Below are positions 1 to 8,677 of a stretch of DNA of 42,420 nt, piece by piece. The DNA is taken from the NCBI GenBank assembly GCA_032128375.1, contig JAQBGU010000213.1, positions 1-42,420 on the forward strand, given 5' to 3'. The stretch comes from Deltaproteobacteria bacterium. GTDB lineage: Bacteria > Myxococcota_A > UBA9160 > SMWR01. Numbering within the stretch: the first letter of the stretch is position 1; every line of letters starts with the position of its first letter. Made by a program: the position numbers and the translations under genes. A model generated the notes under the pieces. The model saw nothing but the letters and a program-made list of their open reading frames with translations. It made no database searches and was not told the origin of the DNA.

Positions 1-533
1 TTGTAGTAGTGCTCGAGCATGAAATTATGAAATTCGAAACTGGCCCGGAGTCGTTCAGCAAAAATTTTCTCGTCGAACAGATCGGATATACGCAGACCGC
101 GTCGGGCCACTTTATCTTCGTAAGCCGGGCCGATACCGCGACCGGTCGTACCGATCGCGCGCTCTCGGGCCTTCTCCTCTCGCGCCTGGTCGAGCACCAG
201 ATGCCACGGCAGGATTACGTGCGCGCGACCCGAAACCCGCACCCGAGAGGGATCGCACAACACGCCCTTTTCCTTCAAAGCGTCGAGCTCAGTCAGCAGT
301 GCGCCAGGATCCACGACTACACCCGGACCGATCAGGTTGATCGTACCCGGGTTCAAGACCCCCGCTGGAACCACGTGAAGCACCGTCGTGTGTCCGTCGA
401 CGACCAGTGTGTGGCCGGCATTGTTGCCGCCGTGAAACCGCACGACGAGCTGTGCCTTGGGAGCCAGCCAGTCGACCAGCTTGCCCTTCCCTTCGTCGCC
501 CCATTGAGCGCCTACCGCTACGAGTGTCGTCAT
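1..533 (-). CDS. purA: Adenylosuccinate synthetase, 5' part (runs off the left edge; absent from the ORF track)
   Basis: Manual translation of the minus strand from ATG at 533 gives MTTLVAVGAQWGDEGKGKLVDWLAPKAQLVVRFHGGNNAGHTLVV. QWGDEGKG and GGxNAGHT are PurA signatures. The start overlaps the serA stop (ATGA, 533-530). Confidence 0.97.
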   Translation of the reverse strand, partial: MTTLVAVGAQWGDEGKGKLVDWLAPKAQLVVRFHGGNNAGHTLVVDGHTTVLHVVPAGVLNPGTINLIGPGVVVDPGALLTELDALKEKGVLCDPSRVRVSGRAHVILPWHLVLDQAREEKARERAIGTTGRGIGPAYEDKVARRGLRISDLFDEKIFAERLRASFEFHNFMLEHYY

Positions 534-2116
534 TTTCCCAGCTCGACCAGCTGTGCAGAAATCATGTGTGGAAGGGCGCGCAAGCGCTCCATGACATCGC
601 GGGCTGGCTGACGATCGATGTTCACCAGCATCGCCGCCACCCCGCGCTCGGGAACCAGGCCGAGCTGCATCCGCGAGATGTTGATTCCGCCGTCTCCGAG
701 AAACGTCCCGACGGTCCCAACCACGCCGGGCTGGTCGTGGTTCTGGATGAATAGTGTCGAGCCTTCGGGAATCGCCTCGAGCATGAAATCATCGATTCGG
801 ACGATCCTCGGTTGGCCGCCGTGAAAGATCGCGCCGACGATGAAGCGATCGACACAGCCCACGACTCTGGTTGCGATCGCGCTCGCGAAGTCCTTGGAAA
901 AGCTGCTCTTCGATTCGATCACCTTGATTCCGTGCTGCTGAGCGAGCACCGGCGCGTTGACCATGTTCACCTGGTCAGAAACCGACTCGAGCAACCCCTT
1001 CAGGAACGCCACGGTGATCGGCGCGACTTCCAACGACGCGGCATCACCCGAAAATTCGATCTCGACCTGCTCGATCGATCCCGAACTCAACTGGCCGTGA
1101 AAGCGACCGAGTTTCTCCGCGAGTTCGATGTAGGGTCGAATCTGTTGATAGACCTCTTTCGAAACCGACGGCATGTTCAGCGCAGCTCCGACGACCCCGT
1201 CGATCAGGTAGTCGCGGACCTGCTCGGATACTGCGATCGCGACGTTGACCTGAGCCTGTTCGGTCGACGCCCCGAGATGCGGCGTGCAAATGACCTTATC
1301 GTGGGCGATCAGCGGGTGGTCGGCCGACGGAGGCTCTTGTTCGAAAACATCGAGCGCCGCACCGCCCACGCGTCCCGCGTCGAGTGCTCGCAACAACGCG
1401 CCCTCATCGACGATGCCACCGCGCGCGGCGTTGACGATCAATACGCCCGACCGAACACGCTCGAATGCGGCATCGTTGAGCATCCCAATCGTGTCCGGTG
1501 TGCGTGGCACGTGAATCGAGATCACGTCCGCCCGTTCGAGCATCTCCTCGAAATCGACGAGTTCGACATCCGCACGAGCCCTCGCGGTATCGGAAAGGAA
1601 CGGGTCGTAGCCGATCACTTTCATTCCCAGCCCACGACCGCGGCGCGCCACGATACGCCCGATGTTTCCGATCCCGACGACAGCCAACGTTCGGTTGTAG
1701 AGTTCCAACCCGACAAATCGGCTCTTTTCCCACTGCCCACTCTTCATCGAAGCGGTGGCTTGCGGAATGTGCCGGGCCAACGAAATCATCAACGCGATGG
1801 CGTGTTCGGCGGTGGTGATGTTGTTTCCGCCCGGCGTGTTCATCACGACGATCCCGCGCGCGGTCGCAGCCGGGACATCGATGTTGTCGACGCCAATCCC
1901 GGCGCGACCAATCACCCGTAGCTTCGATGCGGCCGCGATGACTTCGGCGGTCACCTGCGTGCTGCTGCGGATGACCAGCGCATCCACGTCGGCGATTGCC
2001 GCGAGGAGGTCATTCCCCTTCAGGCCCGGCGAATACACAACCGTCAGGCCTGCTGTGTTCTCCAGAATCTCGAGGCCCTGGGGGTCGAGGGAGTCCGATA
2101 TGAGGACTTTGGCCAC
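530..2116 (-). CDS. serA: D-3-phosphoglycerate dehydrogenase (long type, ASB + ACT domains)
   Basis: 528 aa with GRAGIGVDNID, NTPGGN, GIGNIG dinucleotide motif, NAARGG, TPHLGAST and C-terminal ACT (HDQPGVVG..NISRM). GTG start with AGGAG RBS. Confidence 0.97.
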   Translation of the reverse strand: MAKVLISDSLDPQGLEILENTAGLTVVYSPGLKGNDLLAAIADVDALVIRSSTQVTAEVIAAASKLRVIGRAGIGVDNIDVPAATARGIVVMNTPGGNNITTAEHAIALMISLARHIPQATASMKSGQWEKSRFVGLELYNRTLAVVGIGNIGRIVARRGRGLGMKVIGYDPFLSDTARARADVELVDFEEMLERADVISIHVPRTPDTIGMLNDAAFERVRSGVLIVNAARGGIVDEGALLRALDAGRVGGAALDVFEQEPPSADHPLIAHDKVICTPHLGASTEQAQVNVAIAVSEQVRDYLIDGVVGAALNMPSVSKEVYQQIRPYIELAEKLGRFHGQLSSGSIEQVEIEFSGDAASLEVAPITVAFLKGLLESVSDQVNMVNAPVLAQQHGIKVIESKSSFSKDFASAIATRVVGCVDRFIVGAIFHGGQPRIVRIDDFMLEAIPEGSTLFIQNHDQPGVVGTVGTFLGDGGINISRMQLGLVPERGVAAMLVNIDRQPARDVMERLRALPHMISAQLVELGK

Positions 2117-2225
2117 TGCGATTCACTCCTGAGCGCTCGTACACGAGCTGCACGAGCCAGTACCCAGCCCATCGGGAACAACTCGTAAGTCATTGTTTTA
2201 ATTATGAAAAATGTAAATCCCGGGA

Positions 2226-2254
2226 ATTGTGCCCGAGCCCGCTGAGGGTGTCAA
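2226..2254 (-). promoter_or_regulatory. Sigma70-type promoter for serA-purA
   Basis: Minus strand TTGACA (2254-2249), 17-bp spacer, CACAAT (2231-2226), followed by an AT-rich leader ~110 bp upstream of the serA start. Confidence 0.6.
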
Positions 2255-2451
2255 CCGCCTCTGTTAGGCTACGACGCCGCGCTGAGTCGAACAAGGCTCG
2301 AGCATTGGATTCTCGTCCAGACCCGAGACACACCCAGATGCACTCGATCGGCAGCAGAAGCGGCAGAACCGAGGTCCCCCACAACCCGAGGGCCGGCACT
2401 TCATGAACAACCTCGGACACCCCTGCGAAACCCCAGTGTTCTCCCGCGCGT

Positions 2452-2733
2452 CTATTGAGGGGTGCGAACAACCTGGTGCTTCAGCGACTGCCGATCAGCA
2501 TTCGAGGATCGCAGCTCTATTGGCATTCGCTTGCCGAAAAAGCGGCGTGGGCGCGCGTAGAGCCACGGCTCCGGGACCGGAGCAGAACTCGATGCCTGGC
2601 CCGGGCGTCCCTCTGCGCATGCAGTCCCGCAGTACCAAATGCCCGAGACTTTGGCCGAGGCCAGTCCCAGGCTGTCTTGGCAGCGCGCGCACGAGCCACC
2701 CCCACTCGCCGGTCGATGATCGATTGCAGACAT
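2452..2733 (-). CDS. Small hypothetical protein with CxxC...YCxxxC (TRASH/treble-clef-like) metal-binding motif
   Basis: From ATG 2733 the 93-aa product reads MSAIDHRPASGGGSCARCQDSLGLASAKVSGIWYCGTACAEG...WLYARPRRFFGKRMPIELRS. It fills an otherwise empty gap. TTGCCG-16-TACTCT lies 8 nt upstream of the ATG. Confidence 0.55.
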   Translation of the reverse strand: MSAIDHRPASGGGSCARCQDSLGLASAKVSGIWYCGTACAEGRPGQASSSAPVPEPWLYARPRRFFGKRMPIELRSSNADRQSLKHQVVRTPQ

Positions 2734-2781
2734 TGCGTTACAGAGTAGGCATGATGCAGCGTCCGGCAAGCGGAGAAAGCA

Positions 2782-3594
2782 TTGAGTAGTTCATCGGCAG
2801 CCCCCCGAAACACGAGCAATGCCCAATTGGCTGCCCCTTCCGAAGCTCATTCAGAGCCTATCGGGGTCGGAATTCGAGCCCACGACTTGACGCGTCGTTT
2901 TGGCTCTCATCTCGCAGTCGACAAATTGACGCTCGAAATCAGCCCCCTCACCTGCTTCGGCCTGCTAGGTGCCAACGGAGCCGGGAAGACCACGTTCATT
3001 CGAATGGTGACAGGTTACTTGCTGCCGAGTGACGGCGAACTCACGGTGGGAGGCATCTCGCCAGCCGATCATCCCCACGAGGTCAACAAGAAGCTGGGGT
3101 TCGTCATGGAGACTTCCCGGCTGTACCCGGAATTGCGCGTGATCGGCCTGTTGAACTTTCTGGCCGGTGCGAGAGGTCTGAATCGTCCAGCCGCACGCAC
3201 AGCCGTCGAAGCCGTGATCGATCGCTTCCACCTCGAAGAGGTAGCGAAGCGGCTAGTCGGAAACCTGTCGAAGGGCTTCCAACAGCGCGTTTCTCTCGCG
3301 CAAGCGTTCCTCCACGATCCTCCGCTGGTGATCGTCGACGAGCCGACAGGAGGCCTCGACCCGGTGCAACGCGGCGAGGTCCAGGAAATTCTTCAGGGCT
3401 TGCGCGGTGAGCGCACGGTTGTGCTGTGCACGCACGATCTCGAAGAAGCACGTGCACTGACATCGAAGCTGGCCGTGCTGAACGCAGGCAAGCTCGTTGC
3501 TTCAGGGGACACCCAGAGCGTCCTCGGAAGCGGCGACAGCTTGGACTTGTTCGATTCGAGCGGTGCACTGCAAACCGCCCCGGAGACCGAATGA
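2782..3594 (+). CDS. ABC transporter ATP-binding protein (GldA-like, ABC-2 type)
   Basis: Walker A GANGAGKTT, signature LSKGFQQR, Walker B VIVDEPT, H-loop CTHDL. The exact start codon is uncertain. Confidence 0.92.
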   Translation: MSSSSAAPRNTSNAQLAAPSEAHSEPIGVGIRAHDLTRRFGSHLAVDKLTLEISPLTCFGLLGANGAGKTTFIRMVTGYLLPSDGELTVGGISPADHPHEVNKKLGFVMETSRLYPELRVIGLLNFLAGARGLNRPAARTAVEAVIDRFHLEEVAKRLVGNLSKGFQQRVSLAQAFLHDPPLVIVDEPTGGLDPVQRGEVQEILQGLRGERTVVLCTHDLEEARALTSKLAVLNAGKLVASGDTQSVLGSGDSLDLFDSSGALQTAPETE

Positions 3595-4382
3595 CAGCAC
3601 TGCTCGCACTCGCCCGCAAGGAATTCGCGAGCCTGTTCGGGGCTCCCACGGCCTATATCACGCTCACGATGGTCGCACTCGTGACGGCACTCATCTTCTT
3701 CGACCATTTGCGCCTGTACAACCAGATCCTGTTCGTATTTGCCAGCACGACGATCGGTGGGATCAACGCGGACGAGATCCCCGACTACATCAACCTGTGG
3801 GACTCGGTGTTCTTCCCGGTGATGGAAACCCTCGGGATCACGTTGATCGGGGCCGTTCCGTTGGTGACGATGGGCGTGTTCGCGGAAGAGCGGTCGCGCG
3901 GCACGGACGAGTTGCTGTTCACGACGCATCTGACACCGACCCAGATCGTCCTCGGAAAATTCGGGGTGACGTTTTTTTTCATCACGATGATGATGGTCGT
4001 CAGCTTCGTGTATCCGGCCACGGCGATCTCGCGCGGCGGTCTGGGCTTTCAACACCTCGCTTCGGTCTTCGTCGGCCTGACACTGCACGGAATCGCTCTG
4101 GCCTCGATCGGGCTGGCCTGCTCCGCGTTCACGTCCAGCCAGCTGGTGGCCGCCGTTTCCGCCTGGGCGATTGCGTTCCTGCTCTGGGATTTTTCGTGGA
4201 TGTACCCGTTTCTGAATGAAGAGGTCGCAGCGGTTCTCGACGGCATTTCGCTTCACCCGCGGTACGGCAGCTTTGCCGAGGGCATCGTGTCACTGAGCAA
4301 CGTGATCTACTTCCTCTCGGTATCGATGGTTGCGGTTGCCGTTGCGCGGCTTTCATTCGACCTGCGTCGCGTCGGTACATGA
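3591..4382 (+). CDS. ABC-2 transporter permease (GldF-like)
   Basis: True start is ATG 3591, overlapping the upstream stop (ATGA). Contains ARKEF, TMGVFAEERSRGTDELLFT and IVLGKF motifs and about 6 TM segments. Confidence 0.9.
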   Translation: MTALLALARKEFASLFGAPTAYITLTMVALVTALIFFDHLRLYNQILFVFASTTIGGINADEIPDYINLWDSVFFPVMETLGITLIGAVPLVTMGVFAEERSRGTDELLFTTHLTPTQIVLGKFGVTFFFITMMMVVSFVYPATAISRGGLGFQHLASVFVGLTLHGIALASIGLACSAFTSSQLVAAVSAWAIAFLLWDFSWMYPFLNEEVAAVLDGISLHPRYGSFAEGIVSLSNVIYFLSVSMVAVAVARLSFDLRRVGT

Positions 4383-5896
4383 CATCCCAGCTCGCGTACA
4401 TCGGCGTGTTGATGCTGGTCTTCGGGCTGGGCTCGTTCTACGCGACCGAGCACTTCGCCGCCTTCAATATCGTGAATGTAATCGGCGGCGCCGCGGCGTT
4501 GATCGCGGCAGCGGTCGGGGGGTTGCGACGGCTTCGCTTCGGCGGCGGGCCCCACGCTCGACGAGTCGTCACCCGTGGCGTACTGACGGTTGTCGCCGCA
4601 ACGGCACTGGGCAGCGCGTTCGAGCGAGCGGCACACTTCGCGAACATTCAATTCGACTGGACGTTCGAGCGCCAGTTCGAGCTCTCCGAAGCGACCCGCA
4701 AGGCCTGCGCGGATCTGGGTAGCGGCCTGCGCGCAACGCTCTACCACGACCCCTCCGACCCGCGGACCCGCCGCACTCGGCTGCTGCTGCGGACGCTAGC
4801 GTCCGAATGCGAAATGGAGATTCGCAGCCAGACCCTCGACCACGATTCGATAGACGTCGACCGCTTCGAGATCGGGTCGTCGAACACGGTGGTGATCGAA
4901 TACGGGGTGCGCTTCGAGACGGTGTCGCGTCCCACCGAAGGGGCAATCTATGAAGCGCTGTATCGGCTGCGCTCCATGCAGGGCGGTACGATCGTGTTGC
5001 TGCGCGGCGAAGGCGAAGGCAACCCCGACAGCAGCAGCGAACTCGGTTTTTCGGGTCTGGCGACGGCGTTGTCCAACGAGGGCTATCAGCTGCGCACGAT
5101 CGTGACGCCATTGATGTCCGAGATCCCGGAAGACACCACACTGGTACTCTCGCTCGCTCCACGAAGGCGCCTGCGAGATGAAGCACTCGACGCGCTGGGT
5201 CGCTATCTCGACCGCGGCGGACGCCTGGTCGCGCTGCTCGAGCCCGGCGTGGAGACCGGAATCGAGGACCTTCTCGGACAATACGGACTGCAGTCGCCCA
5301 ACTCGCTGATCATCGACCCGTCCTCGGGTGACATCGAGCAGAAGGTCGTGGGGTTGAACCCCGTTGCCTCCAACTACTCGACCCACGCTGTGACCCAAGG
5401 CCTCAATTCCAACCGCATGACGTTCTTCTCGGGCGCGCGGTCGTTCGTCCTGCGAAAGCCCCAACCCGACGATCGCCTGATTTCGGTCGTCCTGGCGAGC
5501 CCGAAATCGTGGCTTTCCGAAGACCTCTCGCTGCTTCAGCTTCACTCGGGCACGCCCGAAGCCGGTACAGCCCGGACCGATTACTACCCGCTCGTCGTCA
5601 CTGGGAAGTACCAGCGGAAAACCGGCGAAACCCGAATCGTCGCGTTCGGTGATAGCGATTTCGCGACCAACCGCTACTTGCGCGCGGTCTACAACCTCGA
5701 CCTGATTCTGAACGCGGTGCACTGGGTCGCCGAGCGCGAAGCCGAAATCACGATTCGCCCAAAGGCCGGCCCCCCACTGCACTTCCCGCTGCCCATCGCG
5801 GACTCGCTGCGAACGCTCTACAGCGTGGGCCTTTTGGTCCCCGAACTTCTGCTGGTAGCCGGAGGCCTCGTCTGGCTGCGCCGCCGCGCAGCCTGA
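4379..5896 (+). CDS. GldG-like ABC transporter auxiliary component
   Basis: N-terminal TMs, DWTFERQFELSEAT (DxTxxxxxxLS motif), GEGE, YLDRGGRLVALLEP, IVAFGDSDFATN, NxDLILNAVHW and a C-terminal TM followed by WLRRR. ATGA-coupled to the permease. Confidence 0.85.
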   Translation: MTSQLAYIGVLMLVFGLGSFYATEHFAAFNIVNVIGGAAALIAAAVGGLRRLRFGGGPHARRVVTRGVLTVVAATALGSAFERAAHFANIQFDWTFERQFELSEATRKACADLGSGLRATLYHDPSDPRTRRTRLLLRTLASECEMEIRSQTLDHDSIDVDRFEIGSSNTVVIEYGVRFETVSRPTEGAIYEALYRLRSMQGGTIVLLRGEGEGNPDSSSELGFSGLATALSNEGYQLRTIVTPLMSEIPEDTTLVLSLAPRRRLRDEALDALGRYLDRGGRLVALLEPGVETGIEDLLGQYGLQSPNSLIIDPSSGDIEQKVVGLNPVASNYSTHAVTQGLNSNRMTFFSGARSFVLRKPQPDDRLISVVLASPKSWLSEDLSLLQLHSGTPEAGTARTDYYPLVVTGKYQRKTGETRIVAFGDSDFATNRYLRAVYNLDLILNAVHWVAEREAEITIRPKAGPPLHFPLPIADSLRTLYSVGLLVPELLLVAGGLVWLRRRAA

Positions 5897-5903
5897 CGCA
5901 GGG

Positions 5904-6329
5904 CTATCCGTCTTTGGGGTTCGCCTTGGTCGCGAGCGCGATGCCTCTCGCACCGGCTTGTTGCGCCACATCGAGAATGTTCACGGCCTGCCCCAGCAAC
6001 ACGGCCTTGTCGCCGCGCAACACGACGATCTTGTCGCGGGCTTCCTCGAGTGCAGCCTCCAATACGACGAACAGTTGTTCCTCGGCCACGACCGTTTCGT
6101 TGATCAACATCTCGCCGTCCGCGCCGACAGTCACTGTGACGCCCTGCGGCGTCTCATCGCTGACATCGGCTCCGGGCAGATCGATATTCTTGCCCTGGTT
6201 CACGACAACGCTCGTGGTGACCATGAAGATGATCAGCAGAACCAGGAAAACGTCAGTCAGCGGCGTAATGTTGATTTCAGCGACGATATTTCCATCGCTG
6301 TCGCCTGCCTCTGGGTTGTAGCCAGCCAT
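5904..6329 (-). CDS. exbD: Biopolymer transport protein, ExbD/TolR family
   Basis: EINITPLTDVFLVLLIIFMVT (essential TM Asp present), IDLP, VLRGDKAV. ExbD versus TolR cannot be resolved by eye. Confidence 0.93.
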   Translation of the reverse strand: MAGYNPEAGDSDGNIVAEINITPLTDVFLVLLIIFMVTTSVVVNQGKNIDLPGADVSDETPQGVTVTVGADGEMLINETVVAEEQLFVVLEAALEEARDKIVVLRGDKAVLLGQAVNILDVAQQAGARGIALATKANPKDG

Positions 6330-6339
6330 CGACGTCTCC

Positions 6340-6987
6340 CTATTCCCGGGAGCCGCTGGCTTCGGCGGTCTCCACGAAGATCAATGACTGGAGGAATCGC
6401 TCACAAGATCGCGTCAGAACGGTGTTGAGTGCGGTCGCGCGAGTCTGCAGATAGTTGAAAAAAAACAGTGCCACGATGGCGACGAACAACCCGGCTGCCG
6501 TCGCGACGAGTGCCTCCGAGATGCCAGCAGCCACTACCTCGAACCCTCCCACGCCCTCGGCCGCCATGCCCTGGAACGCCTGGAGGATTCCGACCACGGT
6601 TCCGAACAGCCCGACATAAGGCGCCAGCGACCCGATGGTTCCTATCACCCATAGCCCACGCTTGAGATCCGTCACCGCCTCCTGGCGCGATGTGACCAGC
6701 ACGCGCTCCAGGTCCTCGATCGCGATATTTTTCCAGCGCATCGCCTCGAGAAAGATGTTCGAGATCGTCGCATTGGAGCCTTCGCACAGCGAGGTCGCGC
6801 CATCTACATCGCGACGCACGAGTTTTTCGATGGTTCCCTTCGTGATCTCACGCGTTTGCTTCTCGACGCCGCGATATTTCCAGATGCGCTCGAATAATAT
6901 TGTGAGCGTTATCACAGAACCCACGCCCAACGGGTAGACGGTCAGACCGCCATCTTGAAGGAGTTGAAGAATTGCTTGCGCGTCCAA
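6340..6987 (-). CDS. exbB: MotA/TolQ/ExbB proton channel protein
   Basis: TIGSLAPYVGLFGTVVGI and GISEALVATAAGLFVAI helices. TTG start with GGGGGA RBS. ExbB versus TolQ cannot be resolved by eye. Confidence 0.93.
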   Translation of the reverse strand: MDAQAILQLLQDGGLTVYPLGVGSVITLTILFERIWKYRGVEKQTREITKGTIEKLVRRDVDGATSLCEGSNATISNIFLEAMRWKNIAIEDLERVLVTSRQEAVTDLKRGLWVIGTIGSLAPYVGLFGTVVGILQAFQGMAAEGVGGFEVVAAGISEALVATAAGLFVAIVALFFFNYLQTRATALNTVLTRSCERFLQSLIFVETAEASGSRE

Positions 6988-7253
6988 CGGAGCGTCCCCC
7001 TGTGTTATTTCGCGCTCGCGGGCAGTCGTCGGCGGGTTGGCCCTTCAGGCCGCGCGCACCTAGTCGCCCCAAACGGCGTTACGGAGCCATTCCCGCTGCT
7101 TGCTCCGGTATTTTCGTGTTACCGACACCGACGCTTCCTGGCTTGCCGGGCCGGCAGGTTACCCAATCGCACGCGCTGTACCAGCGCACCTGCTGCCGCC
7201 GATACCAGCGTTTTCCCGCTGGGTTGAATATCGCCCATGACAGCACATCCAAC

Positions 7254-7277
7254 TATTCGACCATTCGACTATTCGAC
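7254..7277. repeat. Three tandem 8-bp repeats (T/C)ATTCGAC
   Basis: TATTCGAC CATTCGAC TATTCGAC read directly, in the divergent exbB / tonB-like intergenic region. Confidence 0.75.
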
Positions 7278-7538
7278 TGCCGGGACCCCTCACCTGAATG
7301 GAAATTAATACACACGTTTTAGCGGCCCGTTTGACCGATAAGGACGGCTGGCGTGTGCGTCCGGCTCGCCCCGCTATAGTGCAGGTGAGCGCGGGTGGTG
7401 CCCGATTGGGTCGGCTCGATGGGAACGCAAACGTCCGGAACACCGTCTAATTCGTGAACGCTTCCGGGCCCTGGAAGCCTTCCCGGAAATAATCGAGGAT
7501 CTGGATCCTCTCGAAATCGCTTCACATAGGCGCCCACA

Positions 7539-8660
7539 ATGACTCGAGCCCACACCCAAGTCCAAACTCCTATTCTGAAACCCCGCAAGCGGCACGTGCG
7601 AAATCGCGTCGGGATTGCCTTCGTGCACGCAGCCGGCTCTGCCGGCGTTGCGACCGCTGACGCCTTTCCGATGACGTTTCACGTGCCGGACTCCGGCAAG
7701 AGTCAGCTCGCAACTGGAACGCTCTCGGCAGCGATCCACGTCGCGATCGTCGCCCTGCTGTTGATCATCGCGGCGATGACCCCCGAGGTCGTCGAAGAAA
7801 TCATCCCGGTTCAGTTGCTGAAGGACAAGCCACCTCCCCCGGCCCCCCGCAAGGCGCTGGCCGAACGGCGCAAACTCGATTTCGCCCCGCCCCTGCAAGC
7901 CGCCCAACCCCAGATCGTCAATCCGAGGGTTCTCGCAGAGGCGGCCCCGGTCATCAACGCACAGGTCGTGCAGATGGATGCCGTCACGGCGGCCCGGGCG
8001 CCCACGCAGGTCGCCCGCTCCAGCGTCTCAGTCGACCGCGTCAGTGCAGTCGGCTCGGTTGGCGGATACCGCGCCTCGAACGTAGATGTGAGCGACGCCG
8101 CAGGGCCGGTAGTCCGCGGCCCGGTCCGAGCGGTCGGCCCGGTTGGCCCCTCGGTTGGCCCCCGCAAGGTCGTAGCGCGAAACGGCACAACCGTCGGCAC
8201 TGGCTCACTCGCGATCGGGGGTTCCTCGGTCCGCGACGGCGTACTCAGCGCGCGCGATGTCATCGGGTCGCCACGCGGCGCAAAACTCGCCAGCGTCAAC
8301 ACCGCGGTCGGCGAAGGGAATTTACGCGGCACCACAGGTACGAGTTTGTCAGGGGACGGGGCTGAAACCGACTGTTTGACCCGGGGCGAGGTCAAGACCT
8401 ACGTGGGACTGATTCGAGATCGCGTCCTGTCGCGCTGGTCCTTGCCCTATGGGAGCAAGGACGCAAAGGTAGAACTTCGTTTCCGGGTGGATGCGGCCGG
8501 CTCCGCAACCTCCATTGAATTTGTTGGGGGAGACAATGCACTGGGAGCGAGTGCGATCGACGCGATGCGAAGTGCATCGCCATTTCCTGCCCTACCGGAC
8601 CGGGCGCGTTGCCTAGCCAACAAATTCATCACCGCGACGTTCACCAGCGATTCAGCGTAG
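7539..8660 (+). CDS. TonB/TolA-like energy transducer
   Basis: Single TM with S-x3-H (LSAAIHVAIVALLLII), Pro-rich KPPPPAP, long Gly/Val/Ala/Ser linker, and a C-terminal TolA/TonB-type domain (YVGLIRDRVLSRW...VELRFRVDAAG...AIDAMRSASPFPALP). Alternative start is ATG 7671. Confidence 0.82.
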   Translation: MTRAHTQVQTPILKPRKRHVRNRVGIAFVHAAGSAGVATADAFPMTFHVPDSGKSQLATGTLSAAIHVAIVALLLIIAAMTPEVVEEIIPVQLLKDKPPPPAPRKALAERRKLDFAPPLQAAQPQIVNPRVLAEAAPVINAQVVQMDAVTAARAPTQVARSSVSVDRVSAVGSVGGYRASNVDVSDAAGPVVRGPVRAVGPVGPSVGPRKVVARNGTTVGTGSLAIGGSSVRDGVLSARDVIGSPRGAKLASVNTAVGEGNLRGTTGTSLSGDGAETDCLTRGEVKTYVGLIRDRVLSRWSLPYGSKDAKVELRFRVDAAGSATSIEFVGGDNALGASAIDAMRSASPFPALPDRARCLANKFITATFTSDSA

Positions 8661-8677
8661 CCAGCGGACAGCGAGGC

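Noticed and set aside
9..611. 200-aa plus-strand ORF
   Set aside because: It is the antisense shadow of purA/serA, whose motifs are unambiguous on the minus strand.
2202..2471. 89-aa minus-strand ORF upstream of serA
   Set aside because: No recognisable motif, and it runs over the likely serA promoter.
3972..3979. T8 run in the permease (and A8 at 6458-6465 in exbB) as phase-variation tracts
   Set aside because: Both are in frame, encode Phe runs in TM helices and are short.
6990..7330. Cobalamin riboswitch or Fur box upstream of exbB
   Set aside because: I could not find a B12-box or a GATAATGATAATCATTATC-like sequence by eye; an Rfam scan would be decisive.
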